Shown one piece after another: positions 9,248 through 17,076 of a stretch of 27,026 nt of DNA (position 1 is its first letter; each line of letters starts with the position of its first letter). Source of the stretch: Candidatus Methylomirabilia bacterium (GTDB lineage Bacteria; Methylomirabilota; Methylomirabilia; Rokubacteriales; CSP1-6). The notes beneath the pieces were generated by a model, which worked only from the letters and a program-made list of their open reading frames with translations, did no database searches and was not told where the DNA came from. The stretch lies in assembly GCA_041496385.1 (NCBI GenBank), contig JBGQEL010000054.1:1-27026 (forward strand), in the 5' to 3' direction. A program made the translations under genes and the position numbers.

Positions 9248-9285
9248 CGGCGGTTCTATAGTTTGATACTTATCTAAATATAGAT
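9244..9285 (+). promoter_or_regulatory. Putative promoter and ArsR/SmtB-like palindromic operator upstream of arsI
   Basis: TTGACG (9244-9249)-N17-TACTTA, preceded by TGn. ATCTA-N4-TAGAT palindrome (9272-9285). Confidence 0.55.
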
Positions 9286-9348
9286 GCGTACCCCATCGGA
9301 ACCGGCGCGCGCGCGCACGGCCTGCCGCTGACAAAAGGGAGAGCGATC

Positions 9349-9825
9349 ATGACGGAAGCGCCGAAGGTTCACGTCCACATGTCGGTGTCCGATCTCGACA
9401 AGAGCCGCACGTTCTACGAGAAATTCCTCGGCGTGGCGCCGGTGAAGGTGAAGCCCGGCTACGTGAAGTTCCTGCCCGAGTTCGGTCCGCTGAACCTCGC
9501 GATCTCGCAGGCTGGTCCCTCGGAGGGGCGTGGCCGCGTCGATCACATGGGCATCCAGGTGGCGTCTCAGGACATCGTCGTGCGCGAGATGGAGCGCGTG
9601 AGGGTGGCCGGGCTCCCCGTCCGCGAGGAGTTCAGCGTGAACTGTTGCCATGCCAACCAGGACAAATTCTGGGTGCAGGATCCCGATGGCGTGGAATGGG
9701 AAGTCTACGTCCTGAACCACGATATCGAGGACGGCGCCGGGTGCGCGACCGATGTCCAGCACCTCCCCCTCACGAAGGGCCTCGGGATGGTGAAGAGTGG
9801 CAGCTCCTGCTGCTCCTCATCGTAG
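9349..9825 (+). CDS. arsI: ArsI/CadI family VOC metalloenzyme (putative C-As lyase)
   Basis: VHVHMSV, DHMGIQV, vicinal Cys pair in NCCHANQDKFWVQDPDGVEWEVY, C-terminal CC tail; GGGAGA RBS. Confidence 0.88.
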   Translation: MTEAPKVHVHMSVSDLDKSRTFYEKFLGVAPVKVKPGYVKFLPEFGPLNLAISQAGPSEGRGRVDHMGIQVASQDIVVREMERVRVAGLPVREEFSVNCCHANQDKFWVQDPDGVEWEVYVLNHDIEDGAGCATDVQHLPLTKGLGMVKSGSSCCSSS

Positions 9826-9830
9826 GCGCC

Positions 9831-10163
9831 ATGCCGTCTCCACCGACGCCGGCAGGCGCCACGCAACCGACCACCGTGCCGGTGGAAGTCGTCTCGTGGA
9901 TCACGCGATTCATCGGGGGCGACGGGACGGGCCGTCGCGTGCTGCAGGAGCCGTACGCTGAGGGCGTGACGATCCGGACCGTGCTCCGCAACGTGACGGC
10001 GAGGTACCCGGAGCTTCACGCCGCCCTGTGGCACGGCCAGGAGCTGGGCGAGCACGTCGAAGTCCTCGTGAACGACGCGGTGCTCGGCGTGGAGTACGAA
10101 TTGGACTCCCCGCTCAAGCCCGGCGACCAGATCTCCCTGCTGGGTCAGTACATGGGGGGCTAG
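9831..10163 (+). CDS. MoaD/ThiS family protein
   Basis: EVLVNDAVL...LDSPLKPGDQISLLGQYMGG*; C-terminal GG and beta-grasp pattern. Confidence 0.85.
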   Translation: MPSPPTPAGATQPTTVPVEVVSWITRFIGGDGTGRRVLQEPYAEGVTIRTVLRNVTARYPELHAALWHGQELGEHVEVLVNDAVLGVEYELDSPLKPGDQISLLGQYMGG

Positions 10164-10354
10164 CTCTCGAAGCGCGCCTTGAGGGCGGCGGGCACGATCG
10201 CCGCCGGCTTCCCCATGACCTCCGGCACCAGGTAGATGTAGTCCACGAGGCTCCCACTCCAGTAGACGTTGCCCACACCGAGGATCTCGGTGAGCGGTGT
10301 TCCCGCGGGCTTTGCAGCCGCCAGCGCCTCGAACTCGGCCATCGGCATCGGCAT
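10160..10354 (-). CDS. Small hypothetical protein
   Basis: MPMPMAEFEALAAAKPAGTPLTEILGVGNVYWSGSLVDYIYLVPEVMGKPAAIVPAALKARFES*; GAAGGGGG RBS; GC3-biased codons. Confidence 0.65.
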   Translation of the reverse strand: MPMPMAEFEALAAAKPAGTPLTEILGVGNVYWSGSLVDYIYLVPEVMGKPAAIVPAALKARFES

Positions 10355-10368
10355 CGACAACCCCCTTC

Positions 10369-10422
10369 AAGAATATACAAAGAATATATATCTCTTGACA
10401 GCCGCCGGCCAGTCCTTAATAA
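10369..10422 (+). promoter_or_regulatory. Putative promoter toward the aio operon with upstream direct repeat
   Basis: AAGAATATA twice at 11-bp period (10369-10377, 10380-10388). Perfect TTGACA (10395-10400)-N16-TAATAA. Confidence 0.55.
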
Positions 10423-10455
10423 GTACAGGGAACTTCGGCATGGAACCGCGGGTGG

Positions 10456-10724
10456 GTGTCACCCCAGGCGCTGGAGACCATCGCCACGAACTCCTCCGGC
10501 GCCAAGATCATCGTCGTCAATGCGAAGGGGACCGACCTCTGCGATCGGGCCGACCTCTGGATGCAGCCGCGTCCGGGCACGGACGTCATGCTCTTCAACG
10601 CGATGGCGCGCGTCACTGCGCCGAGTCGGCCGCGAATGTTCTCACCAACTCCGCCGCCGACCCCGACTTGAAGATTCCCGAATACAAAGTGTGCGCGGTC
10701 CGGATAGAATCCATACCCGCATGA
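10456..10724 (+). pseudogene. Collapsed remnant of a formate dehydrogenase alpha-like molybdopterin oxidoreductase
   Basis: One frame reads GAKIIVVNAKGTDLCDRADLWMQPRPGTDVMLFNAMARV (internal Mo-bisPGD segment). At ~10614 it joins, out of frame, HCAESAANVLTNSAADPDLKIPEYKVCAVRIE* (FdhF/FdhA-type C-terminus). Confidence 0.8.
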
Positions 10725-10734
10725 GGGAGGGCTG

Positions 10735-11223
10735 ATGCCGACTCGCCGTGATTTCCTCAAGCTCGGCTCCGCGGGTGTCGCCGGATTCGTCGCCACGCCT
10801 TCGCCCGCGCCCTCGCCGTCGGCGGCCGCCGGGCCGTCGCGCTATCCGGTGGTGACGATCGCGGCGCTGAAGGACGTCGGGATCGGCGCCGTGATCGCGT
10901 TCGCGTATCCGGACGGGCAGTCACCGGCGATGCTCCTGCGGCTCGCCGCGCCGGCCGTCGGCGGCGTCGGACCGAACCGGGAGATCGTGGCCTACTCGAC
11001 GCTCTGCACGCACAAGGGCTGCCCGGTCGCATACAAGCCCGAGCGCAAGATGCTCATCTGTCCCTGCCACTGGTCGACCTTCGATCCGGCCAAGGCGGGC
11101 GCCCTCGTCATCGGCCAGGCGAGTCAGCAGCTGCCCCAGATCGAGCTCCGGGTCGACAACGGCATGGTGCAGGCGGTCGGCGTCGCCGGGCTGATCTACG
11201 GCCGCCACACCAACGTCGTGTAG
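10735..11223 (+). CDS. aioB: Arsenite oxidase small (Rieske) subunit
   Basis: Tat signal TRRDFLK; YPDxxSP; Rieske ligands CTHKGC and CPCHWSTFD; C-terminal GLIYGR. Confidence 0.96.
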   Translation: MPTRRDFLKLGSAGVAGFVATPSPAPSPSAAAGPSRYPVVTIAALKDVGIGAVIAFAYPDGQSPAMLLRLAAPAVGGVGPNREIVAYSTLCTHKGCPVAYKPERKMLICPCHWSTFDPAKAGALVIGQASQQLPQIELRVDNGMVQAVGVAGLIYGRHTNVV

Positions 11224-11232
11224 CGGCTCCTG

Positions 11233-13740
11233 GTGAGCCCCGGCGCGCGCGTCGATTCCGTCCCGCTGCCCCCCGCAGACGCGCAGCGGTTCGACACCGT
11301 CTGCCAGTTCTGCATCGTCGGCTGCGGCTACAAGGTGTTCAAGTGGCCGGTCGGCCATGACGGCGGCCCGGAGGCCGGCCGCAACGCGCTCGGCGTCGAC
11401 TACACCCGACCGCTGCCGCCGCTCGGCGAGTGGATCTCCACGGCGATGCACTCCGTCGTCACCGAGAAGGACACCCGCCGCTACAACGTGGTCATCGTGC
11501 CGGACAAGGGCTGTGTGGTCAACGAGGGGCTGGCGTCGGTGCGTGGCGGGGGGCTCGCGCAGACCCTCTTCTCCCGTGATCGCGCCACCAGGGCACGCCT
11601 GACCCAGCCCCTCATCTTGCAGAAGCGTTCGCATGTGCCCATCGCGTGGGATGCGGCGGTCGATCTCGGCGCCCGCGTCATCAAGGCCGTCATGGACCGC
11701 TGGGGGCCGGACGCCGTCGGCATGAAGTTCTTCGACCACGGTGGGGGCGGCGGCGGCTTCGAGGCCAACTGGGCGGTGGGGCGGTTCTTCTTCTCCGGCG
11801 TCGGCACTCGGACCGCATCGATCCACAACCGCCCCGCCTACAACAGCGAGGTGCACGCCGCGGGCGATGCCGGGGTCGCCGCGCTGACGAACGCGTACGC
11901 CGATGCCGAGCTCGCCGACACGATCGTGCTCGTGGGGTCGAATGCGTACGAGACACAGACGAACTACTTCCTCGTCCACATGGTGCCGAACCTCAACGGC
12001 AACACGCTGGAGCGCAAGCGGCAGACGTTCGCGGGTGAGTCGGTCGAGGCCGCGCGGATCATCATCGTCGATCCCCGCCGCACCATGACCGTCGCGACGG
12101 CGGAGGCGGCCGCGACCCCCGAGCGGGTCCTGCACCTGCAGATCGAGCCGGGGGCCGACATCGCGTTGCTGAACGCGATCGGCCGCGTCATCCTCGAGCG
12201 GCGCTGGTACGACGTCGGGTTCATCGGCGACCGAACCGAGGGACAGACCTTCGAAGCCTACCAGCGCTCGACGCTCGCGATCGATCGCCCGCTCGCCGAC
12301 GTCGTGGGCGAGGCGGTGAGGATCGCGGGGATTCCGGCCACCCAGATCTACAAGGCGGCCGAATGGATCGCCGCGCCGAAGCGCGACGAGTCGCGCCGGC
12401 GGACGCTCTTCCACTACGAGAAAGGGCTGATCTGGGGACTGAAGAACTACGAGAACGTCGCCGCCATCGTGGATCTCGCGCTCTTGACGGGCAACATCGG
12501 CAAGCCCGGAACGGGCTGCAGCCGGATGGGCGGCCACCAGGAGGGCTACGTCCGCCCCGCCTACCCCGGCGGCCGTCCGGCGCTCAACGTCGACGAGGCC
12601 GTACGCCGCGGCGAGGTGAAGTCCTTCTGGATCGGCGGCTGCAACCCGGTGCTGACCACCCTGAACGCCGCGGCGATGGAGACGGCGCTGAAGGAGCGCG
12701 GCGCCGTCGTGCAGTCGGCGCTCGACCGCACGGAGGGACGCCCCGTGGGCGAGCGGGTGGCGCGGATCGTGGACGCGCTGAAGCTGGGGGGCATGTTCGT
12801 GCTCGCCCAGGACATCTACATGACGGCGACGACCCGCTATGCGCACCTGATTCTGCCCGCCGCGCAGTGGGGCGAGGTGAATCTCACGTCGATCAACGGC
12901 GAGCGGCGGCTGCGCCTCTATCAGCGGTTCATGGACCCGCCGGGGGAAGCGATCCCCGACTGGGAGATCATGGCCCGCTTCGGGCGGCGCCTGCGCGGGC
13001 TCTACCTCGAGGACAACAATCCCCAGATCGCCAACCGCTTCCTCGACTTCACGTGGAAGACGGACGAGGACGTCTTCATCCACGCGCGCTACCAGTTCAA
13101 GGGGGACGGCAGCGACCCGATCGAGGGCTATGCGGGCGTCACGTACGATCTGCTCCGGAGGCTTGGAACCAACGGCATCCAGACGCCGACGCGCATCGTG
13201 AACCGGGTCCCCGTGCCGACCGTGCGCGTCCACGAGGACGGCCGGTTCTTCACGCCGTCGGGCAAGGCGCGGTTCATCCCGGCGCCCCAGCCGTGGCCCG
13301 GCTATGCCGCGAAGGTCGCCGCGCAGCGCGCGCAGTTCCCCTTCTGGGTCAACAACGGTCGGACGAACCATATCTGGCAGACGCTCTACCATCATCAGCA
13401 CGTGCCCTTCTACGCCGAGCACAACCCGATGCCGCACCTCGAGATGCATCCCGCCGACGCTGCCCGCCTCGGGATCGCCTCCGGCGACCTGGTCGAGCTG
13501 TCCAACGACGTCGGACGCGTGCGCGCCATGGCCTACGTCACCGACGCGGTGAAGCGGGGTCATACCTTCATGCTGTTCGGCCAGCCGCGTGGCGCCGCCG
13601 GAGATCTCGTCTCGGACCACGTCGACCCGGCGACCACGATTCCGTACTACAAGGGCGCGTGGGCCGCCATTCGACGCGTCGGGCCGCAGCCCGAGATCCA
13701 GCGCACGCTGTCGTTCCTCCCGCAGAACGTCGCCCGTTGA
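11233..13740 (+). CDS. aioA: Arsenite oxidase large molybdopterin subunit
   Basis: [3Fe-4S] motif CQFCIVGC..S(VRGG); FDHGG; IHNRPAYNSE; YEKGLIWG; GGHQEGY; NNGR..WQT.YH; IPYYKG. Confidence 0.97.
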   Translation: MSPGARVDSVPLPPADAQRFDTVCQFCIVGCGYKVFKWPVGHDGGPEAGRNALGVDYTRPLPPLGEWISTAMHSVVTEKDTRRYNVVIVPDKGCVVNEGLASVRGGGLAQTLFSRDRATRARLTQPLILQKRSHVPIAWDAAVDLGARVIKAVMDRWGPDAVGMKFFDHGGGGGGFEANWAVGRFFFSGVGTRTASIHNRPAYNSEVHAAGDAGVAALTNAYADAELADTIVLVGSNAYETQTNYFLVHMVPNLNGNTLERKRQTFAGESVEAARIIIVDPRRTMTVATAEAAATPERVLHLQIEPGADIALLNAIGRVILERRWYDVGFIGDRTEGQTFEAYQRSTLAIDRPLADVVGEAVRIAGIPATQIYKAAEWIAAPKRDESRRRTLFHYEKGLIWGLKNYENVAAIVDLALLTGNIGKPGTGCSRMGGHQEGYVRPAYPGGRPALNVDEAVRRGEVKSFWIGGCNPVLTTLNAAAMETALKERGAVVQSALDRTEGRPVGERVARIVDALKLGGMFVLAQDIYMTATTRYAHLILPAAQWGEVNLTSINGERRLRLYQRFMDPPGEAIPDWEIMARFGRRLRGLYLEDNNPQIANRFLDFTWKTDEDVFIHARYQFKGDGSDPIEGYAGVTYDLLRRLGTNGIQTPTRIVNRVPVPTVRVHEDGRFFTPSGKARFIPAPQPWPGYAAKVAAQRAQFPFWVNNGRTNHIWQTLYHHQHVPFYAEHNPMPHLEMHPADAARLGIASGDLVELSNDVGRVRAMAYVTDAVKRGHTFMLFGQPRGAAGDLVSDHVDPATTIPYYKGAWAAIRRVGPQPEIQRTLSFLPQNVAR

Positions 13741-14747
13741 TGACCCGAACCGGCGCGCTCGCCCTCGGATTGCTCGCGATCGGTCCTGGCCTGGCCGCGG
13801 CCGGCAGGGCCGACGACGTGCTGAAGGCCGGAGGGCGGCTCGCGGGACAGAACCTGGCGGGCCTCGACCTTTCCGGTGCCGACCTCCGCGGCGCCGATCT
13901 CTCGCGGGCCAACCTCGACGGCGCCACCCTGACGGGAGCGTCGCTCATCGGCGCCAACCTCGCGGGCGCGAGCCTGCGCAACGCCGACCTGCGCGAGGCG
14001 TATCTTCGCGATGCGCGCGCGCGTGGCACAGATCTGCGGGGCGCCAGACTCGGAAGCGCCGATCTCACGCGCGCCGATCTCCGTGGCGCGCGGCTCGCGG
14101 GCGCCGATCTCACCCGGGCCGTTCTCGAAGCCGCGAATCTCTCGGGCGCCGACCTGACGGGCGCGTTCCTGCCGGGGGCGAAGCTCGCGCGGGCGCGGCT
14201 GACGGACGGAAGGCTCGCGGGGGCCATACTGATCGGCGCCGACCTGACGCAGGCCGATCTCACCGGCGCCGACTTCACGAAGGCGGAGCTCGGCGCGGCC
14301 CACCTGGCCGAGTCTTCGCCCCGCGCCGCGAGGCTCGCGGGCGTCACGGCGACGAAGGCGAACTTCACCGGCGCGAACCTCCAGAACGTCGATCTGCGGG
14401 AGGCGGTGCTGACCGACGCCACGCTCATCGGCGCCAACCTCGGGTGGGCGAACCTCACGTGGGTACGCGCCCGCAAGGCGAACTTCTCCGGCGCCTCGCT
14501 GGCGTGGGCGAGAGGGTACGGCGGTGACTTCACGTCCGCCAACTTCGCCCGGGCGATCCTCACGCAGACGCAGCTCGTCGGCGCGAACGCAAGCCGCGCC
14601 GATTTTCGCCGTGCGCGCCTGCAAGGCACGAACTTCGAGCAGGCCGATCTCGACGGCGCGGACTTCAGCGAAGCCGAGCTCGGACAGACGCTCTTCAACG
14701 CGGCGAAGGGGGGCCCCGCCGCCGCGCGCGGGGCCCGGACGCCGTGA
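13740..14747 (+). CDS. Secreted pentapeptide-repeat protein
   Basis: TGATG coupling to aioA. N-terminal signal-like segment MTRTGALALGLLAIGPGLAAAGRA, then continuous A(D/N)LxG pentapeptide repeats. Confidence 0.9.
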   Translation: MTRTGALALGLLAIGPGLAAAGRADDVLKAGGRLAGQNLAGLDLSGADLRGADLSRANLDGATLTGASLIGANLAGASLRNADLREAYLRDARARGTDLRGARLGSADLTRADLRGARLAGADLTRAVLEAANLSGADLTGAFLPGAKLARARLTDGRLAGAILIGADLTQADLTGADFTKAELGAAHLAESSPRAARLAGVTATKANFTGANLQNVDLREAVLTDATLIGANLGWANLTWVRARKANFSGASLAWARGYGGDFTSANFARAILTQTQLVGANASRADFRRARLQGTNFEQADLDGADFSEAELGQTLFNAAKGGPAAARGARTP

Positions 14748-15640
14748 CGACGAACCTTGCGCCGGGGGATCGTGCGACCCCGCACGGTGACGGGCCTGCG
14801 CGAGGGGAGGCGGCGAAGGATTCTCCGGCCCAGCCGCTGCTGTCGGCCCTGGCCGCGGAGTATCTGGGCACCTTCATCCTCGTGTTCTTCGGCGTGGGCG
14901 CCGTGAATGCGGCCGTCGCAACGGGCGCCCAGCAGGGTCTCTGGCAGGTTGCCGTCGTGTGGGCCGTCGGGGTCAGCCTGGGCATCTACACCGCGGCGTC
15001 GCTCTCGGGCGCCCACCTGAACCCGGCCGTGACCGTCGCGTCCGCGGTGTACGAGGGGTTCTCGTGGTGGCGTGTCGTCCCGTATGCGCTCGCGCAGACG
15101 GCGGGCGCCGCGAGCGCCTCACTCCTGCTCTACGGGCTCTTTTCGGAGGCGATCGTCGAGTTCGAGCGCCGGCACGGCCTGCTGCGCGGAGGGCCGGGCA
15201 GCGAGCTGTCGGCGATGATGTTCGGGGAGTACTTCCCGAATCCCGCCATCTTCGGAACGGCGGAGGAGGCGTGGCGAATCGTCAGTCCGACCACCGCCTT
15301 CATGGCCGAGCTGGTCGGCACGGCGATGCTGGCCTTTCTCATCGGCGCCGTCACGCGCGAGCGTAATCCCGTCCGCCCCTCGTCGGGAACCGCGCCCCTG
15401 CTCATCGGCCTCGGCGTCGCGGCCATCATCTCCGTCATCGCGCCCCTGACCCAGGCAGGCCTGAATCCCGCGCGCGACTTCGGTCCGCGACTCGTCGCCT
15501 ACGCGATGGGCTGGGGCGAGATCGCCATTCCGGGGCCGCGTGGCGGATGGCTGGGCGTCTACATCGTGGCCCCGATCCTCGGCGCGCTGATCGGCTGGGG
15601 AGTGCACCGCGCCCTCGTCGCGAGGATGCCGGCGCGATAG
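14744..15640 (+). CDS. glpF: Aquaglyceroporin (MIP family, GlpF-like), probable As(III) channel
   Basis: AEYLGT, SGAHLNPAVT and GLNPARDFGPR (NPA-RD glyceroporin signature); GTGA overlap. Confidence 0.9.
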   Translation: MTTNLAPGDRATPHGDGPARGEAAKDSPAQPLLSALAAEYLGTFILVFFGVGAVNAAVATGAQQGLWQVAVVWAVGVSLGIYTAASLSGAHLNPAVTVASAVYEGFSWWRVVPYALAQTAGAASASLLLYGLFSEAIVEFERRHGLLRGGPGSELSAMMFGEYFPNPAIFGTAEEAWRIVSPTTAFMAELVGTAMLAFLIGAVTRERNPVRPSSGTAPLLIGLGVAAIISVIAPLTQAGLNPARDFGPRLVAYAMGWGEIAIPGPRGGWLGVYIVAPILGALIGWGVHRALVARMPAR

Positions 15641-15684
15641 ACCCGGCCGCGCGCCGCCTTTCGCGGCGCGTCATGAGTTTGGGG

Positions 15685-15750
15685 TTGACAGGGTCGGGGC
15701 TGGTTCATATGCTGCGGCACACAAATTGGCATGCGCAAAGCTGCATATGC
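15685..15750 (+). promoter_or_regulatory. Sigma70 promoter and ArsR-type operator
   Basis: TTGACA (15685-15690)-N17-TATGCT (15708-15713). Inverted CATATGC (15706-15712)/GCATATG (15743-15749), and ATGC-N8-GCAT overlapping the arsR start. Confidence 0.75.
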
Positions 15751-16195
15751 CGGCAGCGCGACGAAGAGCACGGGCGCCGCCTTCCTCCGGCTGCTCGCGG
15801 ATGACACGCGGCTCAGGATCCTGAACCTGCTGCTCCGCACGCCCGATCTGTGCGTGTGCGAGCTGGTGGCGATTCTCCGGCTGCCGCAGTACCAGATCTC
15901 GCGGCATCTCGGGCCGATGCGCCGGAGCGGACTCCTGACGACGGCGCGACGCGGCCCCTTCGTCTTCTACGGCGTCGCCGAACAGACGCGGCGCAATCCG
16001 GTGCACCGTGCGATCCTGCGCGCCGTGCCCCAGCTCGCGGCGCCGCAGCTCGGCGCGGGCGACGTGGGCCGAATGCGCCGGCTGATGCGACTCGAGACCA
16101 CCCAGCGTGTCGCGGCCTGCACCGCCGAGGCCGCGGCCAGCTCGCTCCGGGCACGTCCCATTCTCCGGGCGGTGAACACCAGGCCGACGACGTAG
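15731..16195 (+). CDS. arsR: ArsR/SmtB family metalloregulator with As(III)-binding box
   Basis: LADDTRLRILNLL, DLCVCELV (CxC alpha3 box), QYQISRHL, RRGPFVFY. Confidence 0.88.
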   Translation: MRKAAYAGSATKSTGAAFLRLLADDTRLRILNLLLRTPDLCVCELVAILRLPQYQISRHLGPMRRSGLLTTARRGPFVFYGVAEQTRRNPVHRAILRAVPQLAAPQLGAGDVGRMRRLMRLETTQRVAACTAEAAASSLRARPILRAVNTRPTT

Positions 16196-16207
16196 GCGGG
16201 ACCGGCG

Positions 16208-17076
16208 ATGCTCGCCCAGCAGATCGTCAGCGGACTCGCCACCGGCAGCCTCTACGCGCTGACGGCGATCGGGATCGTCCTCATCTTCCGCAATACACGG
16301 ACGATCAATCTCGCGCAGGGTGACTTCAGCATGATCGGCGCGTTCACGGCGCTCGTCATCCTCGAGCACTCCGGCGGCAGCCTCGTCATCGCGACGCTTG
16401 CCACGATCGTCACCGTCACCGTCCTGCCATCGTCGTCGAACGCCTCATCATGCGCCCCATCGAGGGCTCGGACTGGCTCACACTGTTCACCGCGACCCTC
16501 GGCGTCTTCTACATCCTGCACGGGGTGGCCGGCTGGATCTGGGGTCGTGATACCAAGTCGTTCCCCGCGCTGTTCTCGAGCGCGCCCCTGGCCATCGGCG
16601 GCACGCTGATCAGCCAGGCCCACCTCTTCAACATGCTGGTGGCGGCCGTGGTGGGCGGCATCCTGTACGTGTTCTTCCGGTTCACGAAGCCGGGGATCGC
16701 GATGCGCGCGATCACGGAGGACCCGGTGGCCGCCCAGCTCATGGGCATTCCCGTGCGGTCGATCGTGCTCCTCACGTGGGCCGTGGGTGGGATGCTGGCG
16801 GCCATCAGCGGCATCCTGCTGGCCCCGCTCGTCTATGTCAGCACGCAGATGATGGACGGCGTGCTGGTGAAGGGTTATGTCGGCGCGGTCTTCGGCGGGC
16901 TCTATTCGCTTCCCGGGGCCGTGATCGGCTCGCTGATCATCGGGGTGGCGGAGAACCTCGCGGGAGGGTACCTCGGCGCGCAGTACAAGGTCACCATCGC
17001 CTTCGTCCTCATCGTTCTCGTGCTCGCGTTGAAGCCGCGCGGGCTCTTCGGCGGTAAGGCGCGGCGGGAGATCTAG
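16208..17076 (+). pseudogene. livH: HAAT ABC transporter permease (LivH-like), frameshifted at ~16426
   Basis: N-part SGLATGSLYALTAIGIVLIF..INLAQG joins C-part AIVVERLIMRPI...GGLYSLPGA...LKPRGLFG through a -1 shift at gtc ctg/gcc atc. May be a sequencing error. Confidence 0.85.

Noticed and set aside
975..10416. Identical 12-mer CCGGCCAGTCCT at 975-986 and 10405-10416 near two promoters
   Set aside because: 12-mer matches are expected by chance in 27 kb of high-GC DNA, and the positions relative to the -35 differ.
11233..13740. Alternative call as iodate reductase IdrA or another Aio-like enzyme
   Set aside because: HNRPAYNSE, EKG and GGHQEG motifs are intact, gene order is aioB-aioA, the context is arsenic-related, and there are no adjacent cytochrome c peroxidase genes.
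13850..14700. Recurring GCCGATCTC/GCCGACCTG/GCCAACCTC DNA repeats at 15-bp periodicity
   Set aside because: These are the codons of pentapeptide repeats; no spacer structure or cas genes, so not a CRISPR array.
15650..15670. 8-bp hairpin CGCGCCGC/GCGGCGCG after the aquaglyceroporin
   Set aside because: No adjacent U-tract and purely GC, so not called as a terminator.
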